64,000 bases of DNA from a virus: positions 112,944 through 176,943 of IMG/VR virus record IMGVR_UViG_3300010965_000002; one strand, given 5' to 3'. Of this stretch, positions 9,362-18,226 are shown one piece after another. The notes below the pieces were generated by a model, which saw only the letters and a list, made by a program, of their open reading frames with translations, was not told the origin of the DNA and did not search any database. Position numbers and translations under genes: made by a program. Numbering within the stretch: position 1 is the first letter of the stretch; the number at the start of each line of letters is the position of its first letter.

Positions 9362-10498
9362 TTACTGGTCAGTCTCAACTGTCCAGCCTAGAGAAGCCAA
9401 AGCAAAGGTACCCGTCGTGGTGTTGTTGGTCATGAACTTCCACGGCAGCAGGAATGCAGTGTTTGCAGGTATGTTTGTTGTTAGTGTACCTGAAAATTCT
9501 GCGTTAGAGGTCATGTTTTTAACACGGTAGCCTATGCCAGTACCGTTTGGAGCACCGAACAGGGTCAACTCCAAAATGTCAGGCGTGTTCACAGGGAACG
9601 AAGCGCCAAGAGCCAGCACTGTGGGCGCTGTGCCTGAAGCGTTGTTCACCAAATTCCAGTTACCAGTGTTGGTGTTAACTGCGAGGCCAATCTTACCTGG
9701 TGTGGTACTGGTCGTGGGGTCGATGTTTGTTGGTGCTGCGGTACTATCGGAAACGCCTACAAACACACGCTGTGTAGCTACCAGGGTGACTAACGCGAAA
9801 CGTTCACAGTACATAAAGCCGCCAAGACCCGCAGCGTTACCGCGCCACATTAACGTAGCCGAGGCGCGTTGACTGATTAACGTACCTGCGGTTGTTGCCG
9901 CAGCAGTAAACAGCGTTCGTCGGGTTGATGCTAACAGGTTTGTTGAGGCTAACGCCGGGGTACTAAGCGTACCAACGTTCGTTACCGTGGTACCTATGAC
10001 AGTTTGTGATGTAGTAGCTGCAGGACGCACAAACACGATACTGTTAAACATCAGTGCTTGTTGAAACGGCATGTCCCAGCCACTGGGACCAACCCATTTA
10101 GGCCAAAGACGACCAGCAATAGACTTCGCGTACAGCAGCAACGTACCAGCCGCAGGCGCAGCAGGTTCAGTTGTAATGGCATTCAGCAGAATCTTTGGAT
10201 TCGTACCAATCAAGGACAGAACGTTGTTTACGCTGTCATAGGTGAAGTTCGACGACGCACCAAAAGCACCTGCATTGTTGTACTGGATTTGTGTCGTAGC
10301 ACCAGCCGGTGTGCCACCACCACCTATCTCACTCTCTTTGGCAAAAGCCTCATAAGCAGATGTGCTTGTACCGATGGCAAACCGATTTTCATCTGTGATA
10401 AGGTACGGTTCTCCTTGTCGCAGATTTACGGCTACGCCTTGCGCATTAAGAGCGGCTCTTGTAGTGCGTAAGATTTTTATTGAATTGTTACGTGCCAT
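9362..10498 (-). CDS. virion fibre protein
   Basis: Thr/Gly/Ala-rich; N-terminal SIKILRT...LRQGEP motif; GATTQIQYNNAGAFGAS segment. Confidence 0.65.
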   Translation of the reverse strand: MARNNSIKILRTTRAALNAQGVAVNLRQGEPYLITDENRFAIGTSTSAYEAFAKESEIGGGGTPAGATTQIQYNNAGAFGASSNFTYDSVNNVLSLIGTNPKILLNAITTEPAAPAAGTLLLYAKSIAGRLWPKWVGPSGWDMPFQQALMFNSIVFVRPAATTSQTVIGTTVTNVGTLSTPALASTNLLASTRRTLFTAAATTAGTLISQRASATLMWRGNAAGLGGFMYCERFALVTLVATQRVFVGVSDSTAAPTNIDPTTSTTPGKIGLAVNTNTGNWNLVNNASGTAPTVLALGASFPVNTPDILELTLFGAPNGTGIGYRVKNMTSNAEFSGTLTTNIPANTAFLLPWKFMTNNTTTGTFALASLGWTVETDQ

Positions 10499-10568
10499 GA
10501 AATGTCCAATGTCAGGTTAGACGTGGGCTGTTTTTATTAGTCCCACGTCCGATTAAGCCACCGTTGGA

Positions 10569-12068
10569 TTAGAACGTGCCACCATCCAAGGTGATTGCGT
10601 CAATGGTGCCACCAGTGATTGCAACCGCCGAGGCATTCTGCACGGCCATAGTACCCAGACCGGAAATGTCCGTGTTCGGGATAGTGGAGCTAGCAGTCAT
10701 GATGCCAGTACCGTTGCCCTTGACGTAACCAGTCAGTGACGCTGCACCTGTACCACCGTTGGCCGCTGTGACCACGCCTGTGACGTTGGCTGCATTGCCT
10801 GTGATGTTACCGGAGATAGTGGACGCTGCAATAGTGCCACCAGTGATATTTACAGCGGAGGCCGATTGGGTCGACATCGTACCCAAACCCGTGATGTCGG
10901 TATTGGGAATGGTCGAAACAGCCGTCATCGCAGAGGTGCCGTTACCCTTGACGTAACCAGTCAGCGTTGCCGCGCCAGTACCACCGTTAGGAACGTTCAC
11001 CACACCAGTAACGTTTGCTGCACTACCTGTGATGTTACCTGTGATGGTAGAACCAGCCACAGTACCACCAGTGATTGCAACCGCCGAAGCACTTTGGGTA
11101 GCCATAGTACCGAGGCCACCGATGTCAGCAGCCACCAGAGTAACTGCACCAACCTTACCAGCAACGCTCACAACGTCAGGGCTGCCGCCTTCAACTTTGT
11201 CCCAAGTGGTGCCGTTGAAAACGATCAAGTCGCCCAAGCTCCATCCGGTGCTGCCGTCGATTGTGGTGTTACCTGCGGTTGCCACTTTGTAGTAGTAACC
11301 TTTGGTGCCAACACCGTTAGCAAGCGCAGGCGTATTGGTTGTTGCGTTCCAAGTGCCTTGGTAGTTCATACCGCCGAGCACACTGGCAGGCAGTTGCGAT
11401 GTAGGAACTTTACCAGTGCCGTCCAAACCAGCGTAGCCGTTGGCAACACCCTTGTTTGCAACGCTTTCTGGAGTGAAGCCCAAAGAGGCAACCACATCAG
11501 CATTGGACATGTTTGCACCAACAGTCACACGACCGTAGGCATCAACGGTTGTCTTGGTGTAGGTACCAGCAGTAACGCCAGTGGTAGCCAAGTCAATGGT
11601 AGGTGCACCTGCAACACCGTCACCGTTGGCAACAGTGACGCGACCTGCTGTACCAGCCAGCACGCGAGTAGCGTAAACGCCTGAACTGGTTTGATACAGA
11701 CCACCGAACGTAGCCAAGGCTGCGATTGCAGTCAGACCAGTTGCCAAAGGTTGAGCGAAGCCGCGTACCCAAGCGGTAGTAGCTGCGCTAGTGCTGTTGT
11801 TGGCACCAGCCACGGTAGGCACGTTAACCAAGCCAGTGAAGGTCTTGTCGCCTGTGATGGTTTGGATACCATTCAGACTGACAAAGTTACCAAGCAAGCC
11901 TTGACCACCGATAGCAACCACAGTTGCTGCCGTGATACCAGTAGAGATACCCTTACCGTAGTAAAGGATGTCATCTACTTCGTTGTAGGCCAACTCAGCG
12001 TTGGTAAGACCAGCGGGAGCGCCAGCGCCACCAGTGGCACGGCGTTTGATACGAAAAATGTTTGCCAT
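10569..12068 (-). CDS. virion fibre protein with internal 76-aa repeats
   Basis: N-terminal IFRIKRR..GELA-like motif; G/T/A-rich; ends LDGGTF. Confidence 0.7.
   Translation of the reverse strand: MANIFRIKRRATGGAGAPAGLTNAELAYNEVDDILYYGKGISTGITAATVVAIGGQGLLGNFVSLNGIQTITGDKTFTGLVNVPTVAGANNSTSAATTAWVRGFAQPLATGLTAIAALATFGGLYQTSSGVYATRVLAGTAGRVTVANGDGVAGAPTIDLATTGVTAGTYTKTTVDAYGRVTVGANMSNADVVASLGFTPESVANKGVANGYAGLDGTGKVPTSQLPASVLGGMNYQGTWNATTNTPALANGVGTKGYYYKVATAGNTTIDGSTGWSLGDLIVFNGTTWDKVEGGSPDVVSVAGKVGAVTLVAADIGGLGTMATQSASAVAITGGTVAGSTITGNITGSAANVTGVVNVPNGGTGAATLTGYVKGNGTSAMTAVSTIPNTDITGLGTMSTQSASAVNITGGTIAASTISGNITGNAANVTGVVTAANGGTGAASLTGYVKGNGTGIMTASSTIPNTDISGLGTMAVQNASAVAITGGTIDAITLDGGTF
10600..11115 (-). 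repeat. 228-bp (76-aa) tandem coding repeat, about 2.3 copies
   Basis: LGTM.TQSASAV.ITGGT...GYVKGNGT...TIPNTDI.G repeated with 228-nt period (anchors near 11101, 10873, 10645). Confidence 0.85.
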
Positions 12069-12082
12069 CTTGAGTCCTTGAG

Positions 12083-12457
12083 TTAGAAATTGCCGCCGTC
12101 AAGCAGTAATTGACGTGGGGCTGTTGTTGCGTGCCAGAGATTGTCCATAGTCGCATACTCAGGTATGCTTCCATCGGGAGCGGGAGTCAACGACGCCAGA
12201 TCGTTAGACCCGGTGCCGCCGCCGCCTCCGCCGTTGTTACCGGCGTTGGGGTCAGTTGTACCTACATAGTCAGGAAGCAGCGCGTCGCTTGCATTGACAT
12301 CGGGGATTTGAATGATAGTCAACAACTTGTTGACCTCAAGCCTCCGCATTTCAAGTGTGATTTGAGATACGGTTCGTTCCGAACTTGGAGGCACAAAAGA
12401 ACTATCGCTTAGGGGCAATACGCTGGCGGTGTTATTGATTAACCGAAATGATGCCAT
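12083..12457 (-). CDS. small virion protein ending LDGGNF
   Basis: ORF with Gly linker; C-terminus shared with 10569-12068. Confidence 0.6.
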   Translation of the reverse strand: MASFRLINNTASVLPLSDSSFVPPSSERTVSQITLEMRRLEVNKLLTIIQIPDVNASDALLPDYVGTTDPNAGNNGGGGGGTGSNDLASLTPAPDGSIPEYATMDNLWHATTAPRQLLLDGGNF

Positions 12458-12476
12458 ATGCGCCCTTTAGAGATAG

Positions 12477-12509
12477 TCACCCGCTACCAGCGAGTCGAGA
12501 TTTTGCCAT
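12477..12509 (-). CDS. 10-aa micro-ORF MAKSRLAGSG
   Basis: Hand-translated; ATG preceded by TAAGGAG at 5-nt spacing. Confidence 0.35.
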   Translation of the reverse strand: MAKSRLAGSG

Positions 12510-12518
12510 GTGTACTCC

Positions 12519-12905
12519 TTAGTTTGTGAGGATACCGAGCTTTGCAGCACTTAACAAAAGGCCGACAATGGCAACGCCAATAGCCGCCCACAGCTTGTTG
12601 TTCACAGCCTTGAATGTCTCTGTCAAGGCATCGTACTGAGGGAACTTTTCGTTCACTCGGTCACGCACCTTCTCGAACCGTTCTTCAAGGTCGGCCAGTC
12701 GGCCTTTGTCCTCAGCGCGTCGTTCTTCCATGATCGCTAGCTTGGTAGCTACCTCGGTAAGCATACCTAACTGCTCTTGCATGTTGTCAAGCTGAGCCTG
12801 TTGACGAGTCTGTATTGATTGTTGGCCTGCAAGCATTGTCTGCTGCTGACTAACTACCGTTTGCAGGCTGTTCAGGATTTGAGTTGATTGATCGTTCGCA
12901 GCCAT
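12519..12905 (-). CDS. holin candidate (coiled coil plus one C-terminal TM helix)
   Basis: Gln-rich coiled coil then LWAAIGVAIVGLLLSAA. Confidence 0.45.
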   Translation of the reverse strand: MAANDQSTQILNSLQTVVSQQQTMLAGQQSIQTRQQAQLDNMQEQLGMLTEVATKLAIMEERRAEDKGRLADLEERFEKVRDRVNEKFPQYDALTETFKAVNNKLWAAIGVAIVGLLLSAAKLGILTN

Positions 12906-12945
12906 CTTTGGTGTGCCTTGTAGAAAAATTAACGCCGAGGTAGTC

Positions 12946-13503
12946 TTAGACTGTCCCGGCATATACATGTTGCAGCAACAAAGTGCTGTCTTCATTAGCT
13001 AAATTAGCTGCGACGTAAGCCCACCATGCGGCGGTAGGTACATCACGTTCGGTGTAGATTTCACCTGGAGCGACAGGGATTAAGCTGTTTGCTTCGGTGA
13101 CGGCGTTACCGCCTAGCCAAACGGTTTGTGTGCCTATGTTCTTAACGCGCAGCACTCTGCGACGACGATCACTACCCGCAATCTGAACACGCGTACCCAT
13201 CGCAACCACAATCGGAGCACCCTCAGCCAGCGCATTGCTCTCTGGTGTAATGGTGCCTGAACCAATCAGTCGCACTGGAAGTGGTAGCTGACACGGGTCA
13301 AGAACGAAGATGGATTTCAGACCAGGGATTGCGTCACCCGGGTCTGGTTTGATAAGCAGCTTACCTTGACGCCAGCCACTGAGGATGTCGTTTGTCAGAC
13401 GATACACCGTGACTGCCTTTTGCTGATCGAGCGTGGTATCGTCAAAAGCAACTCGACCTGTCGAGGTGTTTGTAACTGTCCACTCGTAAATACGATTACT
13501 CAT
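12946..13503 (-). CDS. hypothetical (probably virion) protein
   Basis: 185-aa ORF in structural operon. Confidence 0.6.
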   Translation of the reverse strand: MSNRIYEWTVTNTSTGRVAFDDTTLDQQKAVTVYRLTNDILSGWRQGKLLIKPDPGDAIPGLKSIFVLDPCQLPLPVRLIGSGTITPESNALAEGAPIVVAMGTRVQIAGSDRRRRVLRVKNIGTQTVWLGGNAVTEANSLIPVAPGEIYTERDVPTAAWWAYVAANLANEDSTLLLQHVYAGTV

Positions 13504-13904
13504 TATGGCACCTTCACGTTAACACAGTTGTCCGTTCCCGCAAAGGGCACAGCCGGAGCATTGATGCTACGTTCAAATCGGTCAATTGCATGAGGACTTG
13601 ACGAAGACTTAATGTCGTTTGGAAGCCATTGCAGATTGGAAACTGCGTCACACCCGCCGCAAGCTAAAGGAATGACGTGGTTCATAGCCCATCCGGGACA
13701 AGCTCCAGTGTACAGTCCAGTTGAAGGACATTGATGTACTTTTCTGAACGCGTAAGTCACGTCTGTTCGACGAATAATCAAACCTATAGCTGTACGTCTA
13801 GGCGTGCCGCAGTATCGTACTTCTGTCAAGGCCGGGAGAGTTGTCATCTGTGACCAAGCAAGCTCAGTCACAAACAACGTCAGGAGCAGTAGCACTCTCA
13901 GCAT
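13503..13904 (-). CDS. HNH-motif protein with N-terminal signal peptide
   Basis: CPSTG...CPGWAMNHVIPLACGGCDAVSNLQWL; hydrophobic N-terminus MLRVLLLLTLFVTELAWS. Confidence 0.65.
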   Translation of the reverse strand: MLRVLLLLTLFVTELAWSQMTTLPALTEVRYCGTPRRTAIGLIIRRTDVTYAFRKVHQCPSTGLYTGACPGWAMNHVIPLACGGCDAVSNLQWLPNDIKSSSSPHAIDRFERSINAPAVPFAGTDNCVNVKVP

Positions 13905-13905
13905 A

Positions 13906-15648
13906 CTACGCCTGCAACTTAGCTAAGAAGCTAGGTGGCCGAACACCTATGTCTTTGAACTTGTCATAGAATTCAACCATGACGCTCGGGTCAACATAAT
14001 TCTTTGCCGCTGTGCTCCACACAGTAGTCTGGGCAACACCTATACCCTTAACGTGACCAAGAATACGACCAACATTTGTCAGTGCAGCCTTGAACGCTTC
14101 GTCAACCATCTTCTGATTGAGACCTCGACGCGCTGCAAGTTTCTCAGCAGCTAAGTCCAATTCGGTACGGGCCAAACGTGTACCACGCAGATGCCGCAAC
14201 TTGTGAGGACTGGCTTCGGGCACACCACTTACTTGACGGAAATACAGGCGCAGCTTGTTCGCATTGAACACAGTACCATCAAACTCCCACAGCAAGTCTT
14301 TGCGTTGTTTACCTTCGCACAGTGTGTCCAACAGTGCAATCACCTGACGCATGTGAACCGTCTCAGGCTTCAACGTATGCTTTTGTTGCGCACTGTCTTT
14401 GCCAACGTAGTCAAGGATGATTGTGTTGCCTCGACGCTTCACGTTACCAACCAGCAACGTTGTCAAACCAAAGGTCGCACCGTTTTTATTGGCGTTGTCC
14501 TTACCACCGACTCGCGCACAGGTTTCGTACACCAACTCACACTGCGCTGCAAGCACCTTGGTGTTGAAGTCTTTGCCAGCAAGATCACGACGCCAGGCTT
14601 TCACCATGCGTGCTTCCTTGGCAATCAGCTTGTCAACCAGGCCAAACTTGTGGGCTCGATTCAGCAGCAGCTTTGTGCCCGTGTAGAAATACTGTTCGTT
14701 GTTCTTGCCAGCAGCGTCTTTGGTAGGCAACACAGCTTTGAACACCCAGTTGCCGTTGCGTCCAGGGATAGCATCTTTCTTTGGGTCGTAAGCTGGATTC
14801 ATGACGATCTTCGACGCTGGGTCGAGATTATTAACGTCACCGCCAGTGCCAGTCTTCAAAGCCTCACCATCGCTGGTCATCAAGGCTCCGTCTTCACCGA
14901 CTTTACCGTTGAAGCCTTTTGGCAAGCGGTGAGGGATGCCACGACCATCAAGGTGCTTGCGTGCGTCAGCTATGTCCACAGCGCCGCCTTGGTCACGCAC
15001 GAATTCACGAAGCTCTTGCTTGTAAACAACAGTGAGGGCCCGACGCACGCTCAGATATTCACTCCACAGTTCTGGGTTATCAGCACGTATTTGAACTTGC
15101 TGCTCCAGAGGAATGTTCAATGCTGATTGACCTGTCAGCTTCTTGACCACACGTTTGAGTTCGTCAACCAGAGGTGCTACGTCTTGAGCCTCAGTCTTGA
15201 ACTGATTGAGCAAGATGGGCGGCAAATCAAGTTTACCAAGCGAGGACCGGATTGTTTCCAGAGTAGCAGGGTTCTCGCTCTTGTGCCACAGTCGTGCCTT
15301 GTTGATGATAGCCAATTCAAGATCGCTAACCTCTTGGTTTTTCTTGATGGATGGCAACGCCACCCGCAAGTCGTTCAAGTGATTGAGCAGAATCTCTGCA
15401 AGGACGTCAGCATCGTCAGGCGGTGTAGCTGTAATCCATTCCGTGTAAGAACGGTAGGGCTTGATTGGAATACGGTGACGACGGCAGAAGGCTTCACCTT
15501 CTGGAACAGCTTTGCGCCATTCAGTCATCAACGTCTTTGGCAAGCATTCCTTCGTGGCACCAGCCCCAACACGAAGCCAGTACACCATGCTGGAAAGCAG
15601 AACAAATAAGTAGGAAGAGCTTGGAGTATTGGAGGCTAGTACGCGCAT
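13906..15648 (-). CDS. DNA topoisomerase IB-like protein with long N-terminal extension
   Basis: ARVG, FGLTTL, DYVGKD, KLRHLRGT, ILGH, KNYVDP = R/K/R/H/Y catalytic pentad in C-terminal half. Confidence 0.8.
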   Translation of the reverse strand: MRVLASNTPSSSYLFVLLSSMVYWLRVGAGATKECLPKTLMTEWRKAVPEGEAFCRRHRIPIKPYRSYTEWITATPPDDADVLAEILLNHLNDLRVALPSIKKNQEVSDLELAIINKARLWHKSENPATLETIRSSLGKLDLPPILLNQFKTEAQDVAPLVDELKRVVKKLTGQSALNIPLEQQVQIRADNPELWSEYLSVRRALTVVYKQELREFVRDQGGAVDIADARKHLDGRGIPHRLPKGFNGKVGEDGALMTSDGEALKTGTGGDVNNLDPASKIVMNPAYDPKKDAIPGRNGNWVFKAVLPTKDAAGKNNEQYFYTGTKLLLNRAHKFGLVDKLIAKEARMVKAWRRDLAGKDFNTKVLAAQCELVYETCARVGGKDNANKNGATFGLTTLLVGNVKRRGNTIILDYVGKDSAQQKHTLKPETVHMRQVIALLDTLCEGKQRKDLLWEFDGTVFNANKLRLYFRQVSGVPEASPHKLRHLRGTRLARTELDLAAEKLAARRGLNQKMVDEAFKAALTNVGRILGHVKGIGVAQTTVWSTAAKNYVDPSVMVEFYDKFKDIGVRPPSFLAKLQA

Positions 15649-15649
15649 G

Positions 15650-15901
15650 TTAAAGGAATCGTTTTATGGCCGACACTTCATCAGCCGTGAGGTTGATCGT
15701 CTCAGGCTTTCCGACGCTACCGATTTTAACGATAGTCACAGAGCCGTTCGGGTTGTTGCGAATCATGCCTTTGTCCAGTGGCAATTCGTTTGGTGTCAAA
15801 CCAAGAACTGCCTGGGACATTCCAAGACGCATATTCTTAACGTCGAAGAAGGCATGCACTTTTGTTTTGGCCTTTGTTAGCCGTGCGAGAATTGTTTTCA
15901 T
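15650..15901 (-). CDS. hypothetical protein
   Basis: Abuts neighbouring genes. Confidence 0.6.
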   Translation of the reverse strand: MKTILARLTKAKTKVHAFFDVKNMRLGMSQAVLGLTPNELPLDKGMIRNNPNGSVTIVKIGSVGKPETINLTADEVSAIKRFL

Positions 15902-15907
15902 ACTCCG

Positions 15908-16144
15908 TTAGGCGTTAGGCAAGCGATTGGGGTGTGACTCGTGGTAAACAGTTTGGCCGTTGATAATCACCTCAGTGAATTTACCGTTGGCCGTTGGCTT
16001 ACCAAAAACGTGCTGCGGCAAAGGACTCAGACCAGAGTACAGTTCGCCGCCATGTTGTACGCGATAAGGTGTTACCACCTCATGCATACCATGATTCTCT
16101 TGCTCGGCGTACACGCCTGCAGGGTTTGGTGTTCCATCAATCAT
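15908..16144 (-). CDS. hypothetical protein
   Basis: Abuts neighbouring genes. Confidence 0.55.
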   Translation of the reverse strand: MIDGTPNPAGVYAEQENHGMHEVVTPYRVQHGGELYSGLSPLPQHVFGKPTANGKFTEVIINGQTVYHESHPNRLPNA

Positions 16145-16156
16145 GGTAGGTCCTTA

Positions 16157-17026
16157 TCAGAAGGTTGTTGCGCTGATGCAGATGTACTTGCCGCTTGCAC
16201 CTTGATACTGGAATTGGTAGATGGCTTGAGAACCAGCAGCCGCCAGCAGAGGCGTGTACACAGAGCCTGCAACGATGTCGGTGTCCAACACCATGCTACG
16301 ACCGCCAGTACCGTCCTGGTACACACGGAAGGTAACAGTGCGTCCGTCGATACCATTGCTGATACTGAGGATGGTGTTGCCTGTCAGTGTCAGATCGTAA
16401 ACGTCTGCGTCGTTGAAGTCTGCAACAACGTTTGGCGAGAAGGTCAGGACGCTGACAATTGGAGCCGCCAGCGAAGCAGACAGAGGCACAGCACGAGAAG
16501 GGAACAAGTGAACAGTGTTTTGGCTCAGTGCAAACCCAACTGGCAGCACCCAACCAGTTGCCGGAGGTACTTGCGTGAGCACGCCGCCAGCAGCGATGTA
16601 CACAGGTTGATTGACAACGAAGTTCCAACCGCCTGTACCGTTGATGGTGTTGACAACAGGACCACCCCAAATAACGCTTGCCAGTTGACCAGCAGTTACG
16701 GAAGTCACGTTGATGCCCCACACAACGTCACGATGTGCAGGATTGGTGATGTCAGCCAAGATCACGCCGCCGATGCCCATGACTACAGCCACAAAAGCAG
16801 GCAGTGGAGCCAGAGCCACAACGGGGACTGGATTCTGACCTTGCTGGATTGCACCAATGCCGTTACCGGGCACAGTTGGACACACGCAGGAACCAGTAGT
16901 CGTTGGGCAAGCGCCACCAGTTCCGCTACCGCTAGTGCTACCGCCGCCAAGACCCGTATTGAGCACAGGCTCAGAGATAGAAACGTTCAGAGGCAGACCG
17001 CCGAAAAGTACATTTGTCGATGTCAT
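16157..17026 (-). CDS. virion decoration/fibre-like protein
   Basis: Central DUF2190-like cement segment (QPVYIAAGGVLTQ..P) plus fibre-type C-terminal domain (TLTGNT...VYQDGTGGR). Confidence 0.55.
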   Translation of the reverse strand: MTSTNVLFGGLPLNVSISEPVLNTGLGGGSTSGSGTGGACPTTTGSCVCPTVPGNGIGAIQQGQNPVPVVALAPLPAFVAVVMGIGGVILADITNPAHRDVVWGINVTSVTAGQLASVIWGGPVVNTINGTGGWNFVVNQPVYIAAGGVLTQVPPATGWVLPVGFALSQNTVHLFPSRAVPLSASLAAPIVSVLTFSPNVVADFNDADVYDLTLTGNTILSISNGIDGRTVTFRVYQDGTGGRSMVLDTDIVAGSVYTPLLAAAGSQAIYQFQYQGASGKYICISATTF

Positions 17027-17028
17027 GA

Positions 17029-17415
17029 TTAAACCCTTGAAGAAGGAAAGATTTGAGGTTGTGTTGGACTACGCGGTTGGCAGTGTAAGATGCCACGTAA
17101 CACGGTATCACGGAAACCAAACGGGTCGATTGCAAAGTTTGGTGCAACTAAATCTAAATACCATGAGGCGCGTGTCCACTGCCAGGTAGCGGTTTCGGCT
17201 TGTGAAAAACCGACCCACAAAATGCCATCGGCCACCCAAGCCGCCTTGTTATTGGCGACAGTGGCGACCGAATAGATTTCATTTGGATTGTCAGGATTGA
17301 CCAAGCCGAATTCAGCACCCCAACCAGCTTTGCCGACCCATTCGACCAAGTTACCAGGTAATGTGCGTGTGAAGGTGAACTGTTTGCCCCAAGAGGAACC
17401 AGCTAACACGTTCAT
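17029..17415 (-). CDS. hypothetical virion protein
   Basis: ATG 17415 just after o-spanin stop. Confidence 0.55.
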   Translation of the reverse strand: MNVLAGSSWGKQFTFTRTLPGNLVEWVGKAGWGAEFGLVNPDNPNEIYSVATVANNKAAWVADGILWVGFSQAETATWQWTRASWYLDLVAPNFAIDPFGFRDTVLRGILHCQPRSPTQPQIFPSSRV

Positions 17416-17419
17416 CTTT

Positions 17420-17761
17420 TCATTTTGTAAGAGATTCATTTGGCACCTTGCAAGATGGTACAGGCTCGCAGCCTGGGTTGGTGAGCTTACACAACATATT
17501 GCGGGCTTCACGGTGGCGACAAGCGCAGGCATTCAACTTGTCAATTGACTCCTTGTACGACACAAAGAAATCAGACGTTTCAGGTGTGTCGGAGATAGGA
17601 GTAAGAGTTACGTCGCAGACTTGGACGATGCGGGCGTCAACAACAGGCTTCGGCGCTTCGACCACACCGTTGTCCCGATTGCGTAGCGCATCCAGCCAAG
17701 CACAACCACTCAAGGCTGCGGCAACAATCAACGCTGTAAGGATTTTTGCAACTCGTTCCAT
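17420..17761 (-). CDS. o-spanin (Rz1-like lipoprotein)
   Basis: Lipobox ALSGC after hydrophobic stretch; overlaps end of i-spanin. Confidence 0.75.
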   Translation of the reverse strand: MERVAKILTALIVAAALSGCAWLDALRNRDNGVVEAPKPVVDARIVQVCDVTLTPISDTPETSDFFVSYKESIDKLNACACRHREARNMLCKLTNPGCEPVPSCKVPNESLTK

Positions 17762-18126
17762 GTCTTACTCGCTTCCGTTGTAGGTTTGCAATCGCCCTTG
17801 GCATTTGGTACAACCAAAGGCTTGTTCTTGATCTGAATCAGAAGGTTTGCCGTGCTTGTGGCAAACGCCTTCTGTTGAGCGTCCAGTGCATCGGCCCGCG
17901 CAACGCTGTCTTTGCTCAGGACCAGTACCGCGTCGGTGAGTTCCTTGAGCTTGTCAGCTTGAGCCGCTTCAAGTTCCAGACGGGCTTTCTCATAGCCCTC
18001 TTTGTAGATGTTGTCACGCCAGTTGTTGACAGCCCACAGCGCAGCAGCTACCAACAGGAGAACGCTAACCAGTCCGGCAACAGGCTTAAACCAAGCCTTT
18101 GCGAGTAATGTTCCAAGTCCAAACAT
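17728..18126 (-). CDS. i-spanin (Rz-like)
   Basis: Single N-terminal TM helix followed by coiled coil; upstream of lipoprotein. Confidence 0.75.
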   Translation of the reverse strand: MFGLGTLLAKAWFKPVAGLVSVLLLVAAALWAVNNWRDNIYKEGYEKARLELEAAQADKLKELTDAVLVLSKDSVARADALDAQQKAFATSTANLLIQIKNKPLVVPNAKGDCKPTTEASKTWNELQKSLQR

Positions 18127-18186
18127 AGGAATTTTCCTTTATGATTCGTTCCAGTTGAAATTAGTGAAGAATTGCCTCCAGAAACG

Positions 18187-18216
18187 AAAAAGGGCTGCCA
18201 ATTGGCAGCCCTTTTT
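18187..18216. terminator. intrinsic terminator, perfect 30-bp palindrome
   Basis: AAAAAGGGCTGCCAA|TTGGCAGCCCTTTTT just 3' of primase. Confidence 0.75.
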
Positions 18217-18226
18217 ATGGTCAGTT

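Noticed and set aside
10600-11115. Diversity-generating retroelement or shufflon repeats in the fibre gene
   Set aside because: Copies diverge at synonymous and non-adenine positions; no reverse transcriptase or invertase in the window
12455-12509. Programmed frameshift or readthrough joining the micro-ORF to 12083-12457
   Set aside because: An in-frame TAA lies just before the downstream ATG in that frame, and the readthrough frame also stops
18187-18216. Protelomerase target for the TopIB-like protein
   Set aside because: GC stem with A/T tails directly after a gene is fully explained as a terminator; the enzyme motifs fit TopIB better
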